Of a stretch of 64,000 bases of DNA, positions 33,411 through 60,330 are shown piece by piece; positions within the stretch are counted from its first letter, which is position 1; the number at the start of each line of letters is the position of its first letter. The DNA is from Blastocystis sp. Blastoise. Its lineage: Eukaryota; Protista; Bigyra: Opalinata. The stretch spans positions 558,001 through 622,000 of the forward strand of contig JBBPEB010000024.1 in the NCBI GenBank assembly GCA_039096225.1, given 5' to 3'. A program made the translations under genes and the position numbers. A model generated the notes under the pieces. That model saw only the letters and a list, made by a program, of their open reading frames with translations. It made no database searches and was not told the origin of the DNA.

Positions 33411-35183
33411 GTTTATTATTATTATTAGTATTATTATATTTCATATAATATATATTATATTATATATTATTTATGTAGAATATCTAAAGACAAAAGTAAG
33501 AATTGTTATTATTATATATTTATATAATATATATAAAAGTAATAATAATAATATAATTTTATTACTATATATATATATACGTTGTATCCTCAAAAAAGAA
33601 TTCGAAAGAAATGTATGGATTATTTTCATTAAATATATCTTGATGTAATATAGGATTTGATATATATTTGCAGTAATAATTATTATACGTCGTATTAGGA
33701 AAACAACTAGCAGAAGAGAAAGAAGTTATAGTACGTGACTCTATATATATATATATATAGTATAGTATAGTATAGTATAGTATAGTATAGTATAGTATAT
33801 AATATATAGTATATAATATGATATATATAATTGTATAGTATATATAACATACAATAATATCTAATATATAATAAATATATATACGTGAAAATGTGTTTCT
33901 ATGTAAATATATAGCAACGTCAAAAGGATCATTTATATTATTATTATTTAATTTATTAATTGTATTATTAATATATAATGAATTAATTTCATTATATATT
34001 TTATTTAATGAATTATAATTATGTATTTCAACAGCAATAATATTTTCGGATCGAATAAATTCATATGCAATAGATACACTATATATATATATATATCATA
34101 GAATAATTTCATAGATTTTATATTTCAAAAAAAAAACATATATATACGTATGAACTTTCGGTTGAACTATTTCTGTTTCAGCCACGTGATTATTAGCAAA
34201 TAAATTCCTATAAATATATATATATATCATAATAACAAAAAGAAAATACAAAAACTATATATATAAATAACAATATATATATATATGTATACTCAGGTTC
34301 AGTATATGTATATATACAATTTGAATTTAGATAAACAGTAATATTAAAAGATGTATATATATAGAATTCTATAGTAATTATAGAATCAATATTATTTATA
34401 TTTAATGGAAATAAATAAAAACGATTTGCTGTTACCAAAGGAGGTAACGTCGAATGTGTAATTGTGTTCCATGACGCATCTATATATTGTTTCCAGTTTG
34501 AATGAATAGGAAATGTATTTATATAATAAAATGGTTCATTCCAAAATCGACCAATTGTAGCTATATATACAAGTATATATACATATATATATACATATAA
34601 AAAAACTTTGTAGAGTAAAAAAAATATTTATAAATATAATTTTATATACGATTAAATTGATGTTTATCTATATAGTAATTTCCAGGATAAAAGAATTTCA
34701 TTGTAAATGAAATAATTTCTGAATTAAAAATTAAAAAACGAACTGAAGAAGATACTAATTTGTTTCCCCATCCTCGTCCATTTCTATAATTATACGTATT
34801 TTATTAAATAACATCATGATTCTATTATTTAAAAATTAACAAAATAAACATTATGATAGCATATTTTCATAAAACATACCTTGATTTTAGTACAATAGTA
34901 TATTTTTCATTTTTAAGGCATATCGGCAACACAACTTGGCTTTTTGTATCAAGTGAAGACCCATCATATTGAAATATTTGTAAACCATATGTATCATTTC
35001 CTCTCCATATTTCAAATAGTTCATTATTTGGAGACATTCTCGAGTTAAATTCAATATTAAATTCAAGATAATCATAAGGACATAATGATTGACCTACAGA
35101 TTTATGAGAATCAAAGAATAAAGACACAATATACATAAAGTAGAGAATGACAGAATCAATAATAGAAATTTATATATCGCCAT
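27189..35183 (-). CDS. Very large type I membrane surface protein: repeated beta-sandwich/discoidin-like modules, putative Ig (He_PIG-like) repeats, Cys-rich HRM-like modules, C-terminal TM
   Basis: Signal peptide MAIYKFLLLILSFSTLC; PTGWQLESSND..W..L..YRYYKI; ISPSLPQGL..GTIAGIP and ISPSLPKGL..AEISGIP; C..W..T..C..G..C..W..C; TM LLIIILICCICLFICIVCIYL then basic tail; last exon over 5 kb. Confidence 0.75.
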
Positions 35184-35354
35184 AATTCAATTAAAAAGCA
35201 TTGACAAATAAAATAAAAAATACATAAAAATAATCAAAATTATTCATCGAAAATGAGCCGTTGATTTTAGTTCACTATTTTTCAATTCTAATATACTCCA
35301 AGGTAAAGAGCTATTTTATACAATTTCATCATGATTTATTTATAATATGAATAG

Positions 35355-36666
35355 ATGACACGAAAATCAAATAGACCTCCAAGAATACGACCTTCTCATA
35401 AAGATGGAAAATGGAGTCAACCGCAGCCTATTAAAGATAATGGAATGTTTAAACAATATTATGAAAGTCAAGGCATCTTATCTAACGAAGAATTAGATAA
35501 AATGATCGAAATTATGGTATATATGTAGTCTTTTTTCTTTTCATTTAGATTAAAATTATGTCTAAATGATTATTTATCATATGTATTATGTTTATACATA
35601 TTGATTATTCATTATTCTTTCAATAGAAAACAGAATTACCAACTACATTTCGAATCAATCCTAATGAACCCTCATATGATATCATTAAACATAAATTAGA
35701 AACTGAATTTCAGTTTACACGTATTCAATTTATTTTATTTTATAATTCTCATTGTTAATTTGTTATTTTAACTAAAATAATATCAATATAGATCCCGTAT
35801 TTTATGAAGATCAAGAGATACCTTCTCCATCACCCATTCCTTGGTACCCTGATCATGGAGCATGGCAAGTAAATCTATCTCGTAAGAAGCTTCGTAAATG
35901 CCCAGAATTAAAAGCTCTTCATCAATATCTAATTGCATTACATGAAAGTAATCAAATAGCACGTCAAGAAGCTGTTTCTATGATCCCCGCGATTATGCTT
36001 CAACCTCAACCAGGTATCTATTTATGTTTTTTATTATGTTTATTTTGTTTATTATTATTTGTTATGTTTGTTATTTTTATTTTGTTTATTATTTTATTTA
36101 TTATTTAGTATAATATATTATATTATATATACTATATTATATTATGTATTATTATCTATAGATGATATAATACTGGATATGTGTGCAGCTCCAGGTTCAA
36201 AAACAATTCAATTAATTGAAGGTATAGAATTAAAACAAAAACAATATAACCGCGGGAATATTGATGAAAATAATGAAGAATACCATGAGACAACAGGTGC
36301 CGTTGTCGCTAATGACGCAGATCCAAATAGAGCGTATCTATTGGTTCATCAGGTATAGAATTAGAATAGTATTTCTCTTTTTTTTATAATAATATTTTTT
36401 TTTCTTTATATATATATTATAGACACACAATTTAAAATCTACAAATCTATTGGTTACTACTCACATGGCTCAACATTATCCTGATTTATTGTATATATAT
36501 TATTATTATTATTATTATTATTTATTTATATATAGAGCTATTCAAAAAGAGCATGGAATTCAATGTATATATATATATATAAAAATAATAATAATATATA
36601 TATATATATATAGTTGATAATATTGATCCTACCAATCCTGTATATATATATATATATATATATATT

Positions 36667-36698
<32 letters not shown>

Positions 36699-36771
36699 TA
36701 TATTAGTATATATATGATCGAATATTATGTGATGTGCCTTGTTCTGGAGATGGTACCCTTGTATATATATT

Positions 36772-36803
<32 letters not shown>

Positions 36804-36912
36804 TATAAAGCGTAAAGCCCCGTTATTATGGAATCTTTTCACTCCGAAAACTGGTCGAATGTTGTTTTCTCTTCAACGATCCATTCTATATAGAGGGCTT
36901 CAACTATTAAAA

Positions 36913-36994
<82 letters not shown>

Positions 36995-37135
36995 CATTTA
37001 TACTTTTTTTATAATATATAATTATATGTAAAATCATATATATTCAATATATTTATATTTATTCCCGTGGTTATTTATAGGTTGGTGGTACTTTAGTTTA
37101 TTCGACTTGTTCTCTTAATCCTATTGGTATATATA

Positions 37136-37202
<67 letters not shown>

Positions 37203-37342
37203 GAAGATGAAGCTGTAGTAACTTCTATTCTCTCGTTATATCCAGATGCATTAGAAATACAAGAAAATAACCGCGGGGATATGAAGGATACATTAATATA
37301 TAGACCTGGCGTTCATACTTGGAAAGTATATATATATATATA

Positions 37343-37385
<43 letters not shown>

Positions 37386-37637
37386 TTTTTTTTTTTTTAT
37401 TTATTATATGTATGTATTTATTTATTTAGTATTTATTATGTATATATATATATATATATAGGTATTTACCAATCAAATGAAAGAAGTCACGTGTCCTGAA
37501 GATATATGTGAAAATGAGCGTCGTTTCTATGATCCTGCTATGTTTTGTCCCAGTCCCGCGGTTATTGATGGTATTCATTTAGAGAGATGCATGCGATTCT
37601 ATCCTCATTTACAAGTATATATATATATATAGTTATT

Positions 37638-37673
<36 letters not shown>

Positions 37674-37691
37674 TTTTATATAATAATAGTA

Positions 37692-37730
<39 letters not shown>

Positions 37731-37895
37731 TATATAAAGAATACCGGTGGTTTCTTTGTATGTATAATAAGAAAGAATAAACCTTTATTCCCTATATATG
37801 ATGATATTATTAATAAAAATAACGATATTGTCAATGAATCTGAAAAAGGAACTGTCTCCATTATTGAAAAGCGCGAAGATTTGGCGGGAAATGAA

Positions 37896-37936
<41 letters not shown>

Positions 37937-38125
37937 TAATAATACTATTGATAATAATAATGATATTAATAATAATAATGATATTAATAATAATAATAAT
38001 AGTGAAATAGTTGAAGCTTCTGAAATTACAGTTGAATGTAATAATGAAACGATAAATAATAATGTTGAACCTGCTGAAAATAGTGCTGAAAATGGTGAAA
38101 AAGAAGATGAAGATGAAGATGAAAA

Positions 38126-38171
<46 letters not shown>

Positions 38172-38394
38172 CCGTGATTATGTATAGGAAGCATCCCAAT
38201 GAAGAACGTTTATATCAATGGAATAGAAATGAGTATATATATATATATATATTCAAATAATAATCATATATATATATAAACATACATATATATATAGTAT
38301 CTCTACATTAATAGATTATTATGGAATTGACGCGTCATTTGACTGGGACTCTATTTATAGTCGAAGTAAACAATCTAGAGTATATATATATATA

Positions 38395-38466
<72 letters not shown>

Positions 38467-39032
38467 GATGCTCGTATATGTATCTAAAACTATTCGTCAA
38501 TTAACCCTATATCCCCGCGGGAATACACAAGATATTATAAATACTTCTACTATTACTCCTTGTTCTATTCCTGAAATTCAGTTAGTTCATACTGGATTAA
38601 GACTTTTTCAGCAAAATACAAGAGTATGCCGATGTGTATATAGATTATGTCAAGATAGCGTTATGTTTATTAAGAAATATATACATAAAAGAAGAATACA
38701 AGTAAATAAAGAAGAAATGATTATGATTCTTGGAACACAATTAAATAGTGTTACGATGGATGAATTAAATGATTCAATTCGTGTATATATATATTATTAT
38801 ATTTATTATTATTATTATTATTATTATATGTATTAATTAAAACAACATATATATATATATAGTCGCAATTAATGGAAATTGAAGTTGGAAGTTGTATTTT
38901 TGAATTAAACCGTGAAACAATTGATATATTAAGTGAGAAATTCCCAAATTTCCGCGGTTATTTTGAAGATCTTGCTTGTGTTGTTTGGAGAGGAGTGAAT
39001 AAGTATATATATATAAATATATATATATATTA

Positions 39033-39093
<61 letters not shown>

Positions 39094-39158
39094 GTATCAA
39101 CGTATTAGCAAATAAAATTGATATTGATATTATTATGCGTACGTTAACTATGGAATAA
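35355..39158 (+). CDS. NSUN2: tRNA (cytosine-C5) methyltransferase NSUN2/Trm4, many introns
   Basis: Spliced motifs RQEAVSMIP, LDMCAAPGSKT, VVANDAD, DRILCDVPCSGDGTLRK, LVYSTCSLNPIEDEAVV, RFYPHLQNTGGFF; probable 5'UTR intron ends just before the ATG. Confidence 0.92.
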
Positions 39159-40105
39159 TATATATATATATATAACATTTTTTTTTATTCATTTTTTTAT
39201 CATTATTGTTTGAGTTCAATTCTTTATATATATATATACTATTGTTGTTCTCTTTTTGTTATCAGTTTTTATATTTGTTTTTTATTTAATTTTAAAATTT
39301 GTTTTATATTCAATTTTATTTTATCCATTTCGAAAAATGCATATTTTTTATTTAAACCGAATGGATTCGAATTAAAAATGAAAAACAATAATTTTTTCTC
39401 AGAGAAAAAATAGTATATTATTATGTAATTTAAGAATTCATCGATTTATTCTCATTCATCTATACTTTTATTCTTATATTATCCTCCTTCAATGAAATTT
39501 TTATCAAATTTTAACTGATAAATTGGATTATCAGTATAAAAATTTAGATTTTATATAAAAATAACACTATTCTGTTAATTTTTCACACCTACCTCTAACT
39601 ATATAATCACTTATTTTCATCCATAGCAACAATTATGAAAAACAAATTGAAATAATGAGTTTCATTTTGTGAATATCGCAACTATATATATCCTATAGAA
39701 CATTCTATCATATATTCATTCTTCATATACGATTTATAAATAGCAGAGACTTAATTTGTATAACTTAATTTCTCTTTTTATACTAAATATATATAATTAT
39801 AGCATCCTACATCTCATATTCATCAAAAATGATTTTTTTAAGAAATTTATGCATATTTTCTTCATAAAAAGAATTAAGAAGAAGACTTTGTGTTATTTTA
39901 CTATAATTTTCTCTTCAATTTTCATTTTTCACTATTTACATCCATCATACATCTTATTATTACTTTTTAAATATTTTTTGTACTCGAACAAAACACACAT
40001 AAGTAAATGATAGAATTTTATGGTTAAATGCACATAAAAATATATAAGATATGAAATCATCTTTAGAAAAAAATAAAAATAATAATTGACAATCATATGA
40101 ACGAT

Positions 40106-40518
40106 TTATTCAAACTTGAAACCCTTCTTTTGAAGCATATTATGAGCTTCGTCGATATCCTATAAATAATTAATTAAATAATATTTTAATTAAATAGCTT
40201 TATAATTCTATATATATATCATCGATCAATTTTTTAATTTAAATATGTAAATAATAAAACAAATAAAAAAATAATAGAACAAAATACTTTAACCATAGAT
40301 GTATATTCGTCTGGATAATTTCTTAATTTAAATACATTGGTCATGATAACGGTAAGCGCATAAATACCAAATAATATAATAGCAATAATAGGAGAACATA
40401 AATATATGATTCCTTGTGTTGATGAAGTTAATTGATCAATACCATTAACATAAATTCCTAATCCATAAACAGAAAAAAGAACAATAAATAAAATTAAAAA
40501 CTTTTCATAACGCTTCAT
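40106..40518 (-). CDS. DPM3: Dolichol-phosphate mannosyltransferase subunit 3 (exons 40288-40518, 40106-40159)
   Basis: Two TM helices, P..AIILFGIYAL, YPDEYTSMVKDIDEAHNMLQKKGF; about 94 aa. Confidence 0.82.
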
Positions 40519-40848
40519 TTTAAAAGAGAAATACAAAGAAAAACAAATAGGAAAAAAAGTTACAGAAATGAGAAAAACAGAATTAAAATGGAACTCTCTT
40601 TTGGTCTTAGAAAATAAATAGCAAGAAATGATGGAAAACCGCGAGTATCGGATAAACTGGGTATTCTTTTCGAAATGGTCATAAATGAAAAGATGATCCC
40701 TTATTTAATTGAAGAATATAGTTATAAAATAGGTCTTTAGAAATATATGGTCTCTTAATGAAAAGTCAAATGAAATTACCTTTCTTTTTCATTTTAAGTT
40801 GAAGAAATTCAATATATATTTAATTCGCCCTTTTTGCTGTAATTTACA

Positions 40849-41636
40849 ATGGCTGAAGCTCGTAAGTTTATAATTAATAAAAAGTTAATAATATAATACC
40901 TCGTGCTCCTGAAAATCGTCGTCGTGGTCGTGGTCCTCGTCCCCAACGTGTTGGTGATGACAACAAGGAATGGACTCCCGTAACTAAACTTGGTCGTCTC
41001 GTCAAGGATAAGAAGATTACCTCTATTGAAGAAATCTTCCTCCACTCTATTGCTATTAAGGAAGCTGAAATCGTTGATATTCTTCTCCCTGGTTTAAAGG
41101 AAGAAGTTATGCAAGTCTTCCCCGTCCAAAAGCAAACTACTGCTGGTCAAAGAACCCGTTTTAAGGCTTTCGTTGCTGTTGGTGATTTCAATGGTCACAT
41201 TGGTATGGGTTCCAAGTGTGCTAAGGAAGTTGCTGGAGCTATCAAGGGTGCTATCCTTGCTGCTAAGATGAACATCGTTCCCGTCCGTAGAGGTTATTGG
41301 GGTGTTCACGCTGGTAAACCCCACACCGTCCCTGTCAAGGTCACTGGTAAGTGTGGTTCCGTCCGTGTTCGTCTGATTGCCGCTCCTCGTGGTACTGGTA
41401 TTGTTGCCGCTCCTGTTCTTAAGAAGATTCTTGCTATGGCTGGTATTGAAGATGTTTATACTTCTACCACTGGTCACACCAGAACTCTTGGTAACTTTGT
41501 CAAGGCTTGTTTCTATGCTCTTCAAAATACCTACAGTTATCTTGAACCTTCTCTTTGGAAGAAACAAGAACCTGTTGTATCTGTTTATCAACAATACACT
41601 GATTTCCTTGCTAATGCTTCTGAAAAGAAGAACTAA
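40849..41636 (+). CDS. RPS2: 40S ribosomal protein S2 (uS5), one short intron after codon 4
   Basis: [63 protein letters not shown]; strong codon bias. Confidence 0.97.
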
Positions 41637-41863
41637 ATTATTTGATTTAGAACATTGTACTCTTAAAATTTATTGAGATAGTGTTTTATTGGGCGACACT
41701 GCGGTGCGTGTGTGCTGACTTAATTCATTTTAATTGTTATAGCTGAATTAAATATGGTCTTTATTTTGTTTTGTTGAACTTTATATCGTTTTTTTTTTAA
41801 ACTAAACAAATTTTCTTATTTAAATATTAATGAAACAAAAAAACATTTTTTTTAAACTTAAAA

Positions 41864-48721
<6,858 letters not shown>

Positions 48722-49041
48722 ATGAATGATTGGATTTATTTTAATGAAATATCAATTTAAAACTATGTTGAAATTGATATTCTTATTTTTGAATTCTTAT
48801 AAATGTTACTTTCTAGAAAAAAATAAATATTTCACTGAAATAATTGTGTTTTCACAGGATTATTTTTCTTGAACAAAAACTAACTCTTTCTGATTTTGGC
48901 TGAAATTTATTTTCGTTTTTAAACTGTGTTTTCTTCTATAAAGAAATGAGGAATTTTTCATCAATAATTTCTTCTCTTGAAGATAATATTTTATTATATA
49001 TATATTTAATTTAATTATAAGAACAATTATTTGATATTATA

Positions 49042-49665
49042 ATGGCAGAAGAATATGATATTTGTTTAGAAATTGCATCGACAGTCTCATTATTATGCCC
49101 TATATCCTTAACAAGGTTGACAAATCCTGTTAAGGGTCCTGCTTGCCATCATGTGAGATGTTTTGAAAAAGATTCTTTCCTCGATGTACGTTAGTACGCC
49201 TTTTTTAAAAGTCTCTTTAGTTTTTCTTTAGTTATATCGTAATCAACTAAGTGGAGAATGCCCTATATGTATGAAAAAAATCCCATTAAATCAAATATGT
49301 TCTTCGTCATATATGGAAACAATTTTGAAATCAGTTCCTAATTCTTGTACAAGTATTAAATTATTTATTTATAATCAATAATAAAGATATTCTAATATAT
49401 ATAATTGAATAATATATATATATAGGTGTTACTATTGATTGTTATGGAAATATTAAACCTGATATAAATAAAATTTTTATACCTCCAATTGAAATTAAAG
49501 AAATGAATGAATTTACTATACAAGAAATGAATTATAATTTAAAAGATATGTCTTTATCACCAGTAATATATTCAGAAATGAAGAATAATGTTAATAAAGA
49601 GAATAAGTATATTACTTCACATAAACATATAATTAATAAGAAAAGACCTTCTCTTTTAAGAATTC

Positions 49666-49711
<46 letters not shown>

Positions 49712-50493
49712 TAATAATAATAATATATCTATTAAAAAAGAAAATAATTATTTAAATTCAAATTCTAAAAGAACTATATATAATAATAATAATTCACTTT
49801 TAGATACTATATTAAATTCTATGAATCATTTGAATGAAGTTTATGATTATGAAAAAAGTATATTAATAAAAAAATATTTACAATAATATATATATAGATA
49901 TTCTTAAGAAAATAAATGAAATAAAAAAATATAATTTAGAGCAATATACTCATTACCGTGAAAATATTCAAGATATTATAACTAAATTCGAATATTCCCA
50001 GAATTATTGTTTACATATCGTTGCATCTTCTGATTATGAAGTGTATATATATATATTTATATGATTATAATAATAATATATTTATATGATTATTATAATA
50101 ATATTATTTATATGATTATTATAATAATATTATTTATCATTATTATAATAATATATGTATAATTATAATTATATATAGAGATTGTATTACAGATGTTGTT
50201 GATGATAATAATATGTATTCAATCGATATAAAAAATGGTGTATATATATATATTATAAGATTATTATTTATATAGAATATAATATATTTTATTAAGATAT
50301 ATTTTTTTATTTATAGAATTCAGTAATTTATGATATATATATATTTAAAATGGAAATCTGTCCTTCTTTTGAAGAAGAAACACAAATACGTAATGAACAA
50401 CTTAATATTCATGATTATTTACATTCTAAATTATCATTAATAAAACAAATAAAAAATGAAAATATATATAAACAAAAAAGTTTTCCAGTATAG
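49042..50493 (+). CDS. SP-RING (zf-MIZ) protein, putative SUMO E3 ligase-like
   Basis: VSLLCPISLTRLTNPVKGPACHHVRCFE...CPICMKKI after splicing; Asn-rich middle; TAG at 50491-50493. Confidence 0.75.
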
Positions 50494-51410
50494 ATTTTTT
50501 GGATTTAAAAAATTAAAAAAAATAAATATATATATTTTTTAAATACTTATATACATTTTTTATAAATTACAAATTTGCGTTTTTTTAATATTTTTTATTA
50601 TTTATTTTTGTTTTCTTTTTTTGTTTGTTCAATATGTTTTATCACTATTTTAAAAAAGAGTATTGTTTGTATTTATCATTTTTTGTATTTTCTTTATTAT
50701 AATGAATCAAATAATCATATTCATATAGAATAAACAAGAATTCCATTCAATAAAAACAAATTTTTTATGCCCAAATATTATAATAAAACGATTCATAAAT
50801 TATATAAATATAATCCTTAATCATATGAAAATAAATTGTAATGTATATATTATTTCATGATGTAATTATTACTTTAATCAACTTTTATGTTCTTTTCTTT
50901 AATTTATTTTTGAAATCATATAGTCCAATCATGAAATCAACAAATTAGAATATCCTTAGTCTATTAAAACAGAACTTCTATGCCTAATAATTAAAAAAAT
51001 AGAAAGTCATCTCACGTAATTCTTATAAGTCTTATTTCTAAATATGGGAAACATATATTGATGTCTTCCATGATACAAACAAATTTGAATCCAATAAGAA
51101 AAAACTTATAAATGAAATTACAATTGAACATCTTCATTATATATTCGCTCCATACTTCTCAATGCAACATATACTACATGTAAAGTCGTTTCTAGTAATT
51201 ATTATCTTCTAATCTATTTTATCTATAGAGTAAATCAAAAGAATAATAAAAAAACAAACTTTTTAGCTCTACAAGTTTCATTTTTTTAGAAAAAATCTTT
51301 TTTTTTAATATATTTTTGTTAATATTCCTAGTAGGATTTCAATAAAGTACTCTTCATTAGTAATAATTGAATATAAAAAAGCATATAATATCTTTAGGAA
51401 ACAAAAAGAA

Positions 51411-53352
51411 ATGCCAAGAGACATACAATTAGAATCAGTTTTGGATCCAAAGAAGTATGTAGAAGAAGGAATGATTACATTTCATGGGAAAGAAGGAAAA
51501 CTTCATTGCTCGATATCAAAAGAGCGTTTAGTTCTATATCCTGAAAGTGAGTTCTACAAAATTTGGCTTAAAGGAGATGATAACGGTACTAAAGAGTTTT
51601 CTACAGGATGTCCTGAGCGTAATTTGGATTTGATCATTTATCATATGAAAGGGAACCGTATAGATATTGATATGAAATCAAATGATGATCTTATACTGTT
51701 ATCTAAGGATTTTTCAGCTATGAAACTAAATGTTCCTGATTATATAACAAATAGAATTTCGAATGAGAAATGGAATGATGGTTCTAAAGGTATATATTGT
51801 TATTTAGCTAAAGTAAATAATGATAATACTGAACAAATGAAATTATTAAATAAATTATCATCAATGATTATAAATATGAATAATAGTATAAATGAATTAA
51901 AAACTCAAATAATAGATATAAAGAATGATAATAATTTACTTAGAGATACAATTCAAGATTTACAAAAAGATAATACTTTATTAATACGTAATAATAATAC
52001 ATTAAAAAATTCATTTAATAAATTAACAATAGCTATGAATGAATATAAAAATAATAATTGTAATCAACAAATAAAGTATAAAGAAAATATAATTGAAAAT
52101 ATTATTAAGAATGATCAATGTGATAGTAACATTCAAGATAATAATAATAAAGATGATAATAATGATAAAGAAGATAATAATAATAAAGAAGATAATAATA
52201 AAGATGATAATAATAATAAAGAAGATAATAAAGAAGATAATAATAATAATAAAGAAGATAATAATAATAATAAAGATGATAATAAAGATTATAATGATAA
52301 TAAAGAAGATAATAAAGAAGATAATGATAATAAAAATAATAATGATAATAAAGAAGATGCTAATAAAGAAGATAATAAAGAAGATAATAATAATAATAAA
52401 GAAGATAATAATAATAATAAAGAAGATAATAATAAAGAAGATGATAATAAAGAAGATGATAATAAAGAAGATAATAAAGATAATAATAATAAAGAAGATA
52501 ATAATAAAAAAGATAATAATAATAATAAAGAAGATAATAAAGATAATAATAATAAAGAAGATAATAAAGATAATAATAATAAAGAAGATAATAAAGATAA
52601 TAATAATAATAATGCTTCCATATCTATGTCAACTTCTATCGGATTTGAAGATAGTTCTATTATTACTATGAATGATGATTATTTAAATATATTTATAAAT
52701 TGGTTTGGTAAAGAGAAAAAATGGAAATTATTATTTAGGTATATATATTATATATATATTTAATTCTCATTATATATATAGAGCAAGTGAACATAATTAT
52801 TTAGCAAGTGAATTTCATAAATATTGTGATTATGAAGGAGAAACAATTACTATAATAAAACATATAGGTCATGATAATAAGATTAATATATTTGGAGGAT
52901 ATACAAATCAAAATTGGGAATCTAATGAATCAAGTATATAATATATAATAATAATAATAATATATAATAATAATAATATATAATAATAATAATAATAGTT
53001 TTATATATAATAATATTATTATATTCTATATATAGTATGTCAATCATATTCAAAAGAATTCTTATTTACATTAAGTAATGAACATAATATTCCTCCTACT
53101 CAATATCTATATACTGATACTAATAAAGGTTATGGTATTACTTGCTCTTCTTTATGGGGACCTACGTTTGGTTATGCTGATATTTATATAGCTGATAATT
53201 GTCATAATAATAATGATTCAACTTGTCATGCATATTCTTATGGTATAATAAATACTTCTCAAAAATCATCATTATTTGTCAATACGAATGATTGTGATAC
53301 TGCTAATTTATTTACTGTTGAAGATTATGAAGTTTGGAGAATCAATGAATAA
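51411..53352 (+). CDS. BTB-like + coiled coil + D/N/K/E repeat + TLDc protein, copy C, 2 introns
   Basis: LVLYPESEFY..LDLIIYHMKG BTB-like region; TLDc motifs; WGPTFG..DIYI; EDYEVWR. Confidence 0.85.
52135..52612 (+). repeat. Coding low-complexity repeat of AAAGAAGAT(AAT)n units (KEDNN)
   Basis: Direct sequence, in frame. Confidence 0.9.
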
Positions 53353-54151
53353 TTTTATTAAATTTATTTATATTATTCTTATTATATATATTTATTATTA
53401 TATATTTTCATTTCATTGTATAGTATATTCATCGATTTTCTTCTGATTTTACCTCGTTTTGTTTCTTTTTTTTAAACTTTTCTTATTTTTTTAAAACTTA
53501 AACAGTTATCACCGTCCATATCTGTAACATCTTGCCGAATCATATAATATAATAAACCCATTAAATTCAAATACTTAATTGAACGAAATGAAAATTATTT
53601 TTTATTCAGACAATCTTATATGTATACGTAGAATATCATTAGCAGAGCATCCTATCACTATGGATGACTTTCAAACAAAATATTACTAACTTCAAAATAT
53701 AATTAGTACTTAATTTAGTTTAAGTTCATCTAAAAATGACATAATTCAAATTAAACATAGATATATGCAATCAATGAAAAGAATAATAATAATTTTTTAT
53801 GTTTGATTGTGTCTATACGCAGTTGTTGATAAACTAATTGTTTTTTTGAATAAAAAAAATAAATGAAAAAATTAAAATTATAGCTTTAAAACAATTGATC
53901 TCCATGGGAAATTACACATTTTTGTGTTTTTTTTTGTTGTTTCAGTATAGATTTTTATGAATTATTTATAAAAAACGTGGCTTAAAATTTTTGTTCAAAC
54001 TAGAATAGAATAATATTTTTAAATTTTTGGATTTGTTAGACACGAAAATCGGAGTATCTAACGTTTGTCTATAGTAATTTTTTCTTAGTTTTTTCTTGAG
54101 ATTTAGAATCCTATAATTCATTACTATTCTGACGTACTTTCCGTTCATTGA

Positions 54152-59724
<5,573 letters not shown>

Positions 59725-60330
59725 TACTATATTTATATATATTTTAAGTAAAATATATTCTTATGAAACAATATTATTTTATTATATGTATATTAATACT
59801 TTTTTATGTTTTTTTCAATTTCTTTTATATTTATTAATATCCATTTATATTATTACAGGTATCATTACTTGCTTTTTTTATCAATTGTAACTTTTTTCAA
59901 AATTTTTTTTTTGAATATAATATGTTTTATATATTTAATTTCTTTTAGTAATGAAAAATAATAGCTGTTTAAACTCATAATTTATATATATATTTTTTAA
60001 ATTTTTCTTACCTTGTTATACTATTGAAGAATTTTTTATTATTATTATTTCTATAATATAAAAAGAAAAAAGGTGTTTATTATAATATTAATGGTTTATG
60101 TAAAAAAAAAACATTTAATATATTTATAAAAAATATTTTTGCGTATTTTTATAGCTATTGATAATTATAATAAGAATAAATAGCAACAAATATTATATAT
60201 ATAGTTAATTAAGAATTGTAATTAAAAATAAATTAATATATGTATATATAATGATATAATATTAAAAAGAGAAATGTAAAAAAAACAAAATAATTATATA
60301 TATATAAAAGAAGCATATATATTATTAGTA

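Noticed and set aside
33768-33800. (TATAG)n and similar short arrays as telomeric seeds
   Set aside because: Intronic simple repeats without G-rich telomere character
39440-39950. Possible decayed coding remnants here and at about 50930-51210
   Set aside because: Short stop-interrupted stretches with no recognisable homology
40862-40899. U12-type intron in RPS2
   Set aside because: Donor is GTAAGT (U2-type), not RTATCCTT, and there is no U12 branch motif
40809-41676. Antisense and off-frame ORFs over RPS2
   Set aside because: Shadow ORFs caused by biased codon usage of RPS2
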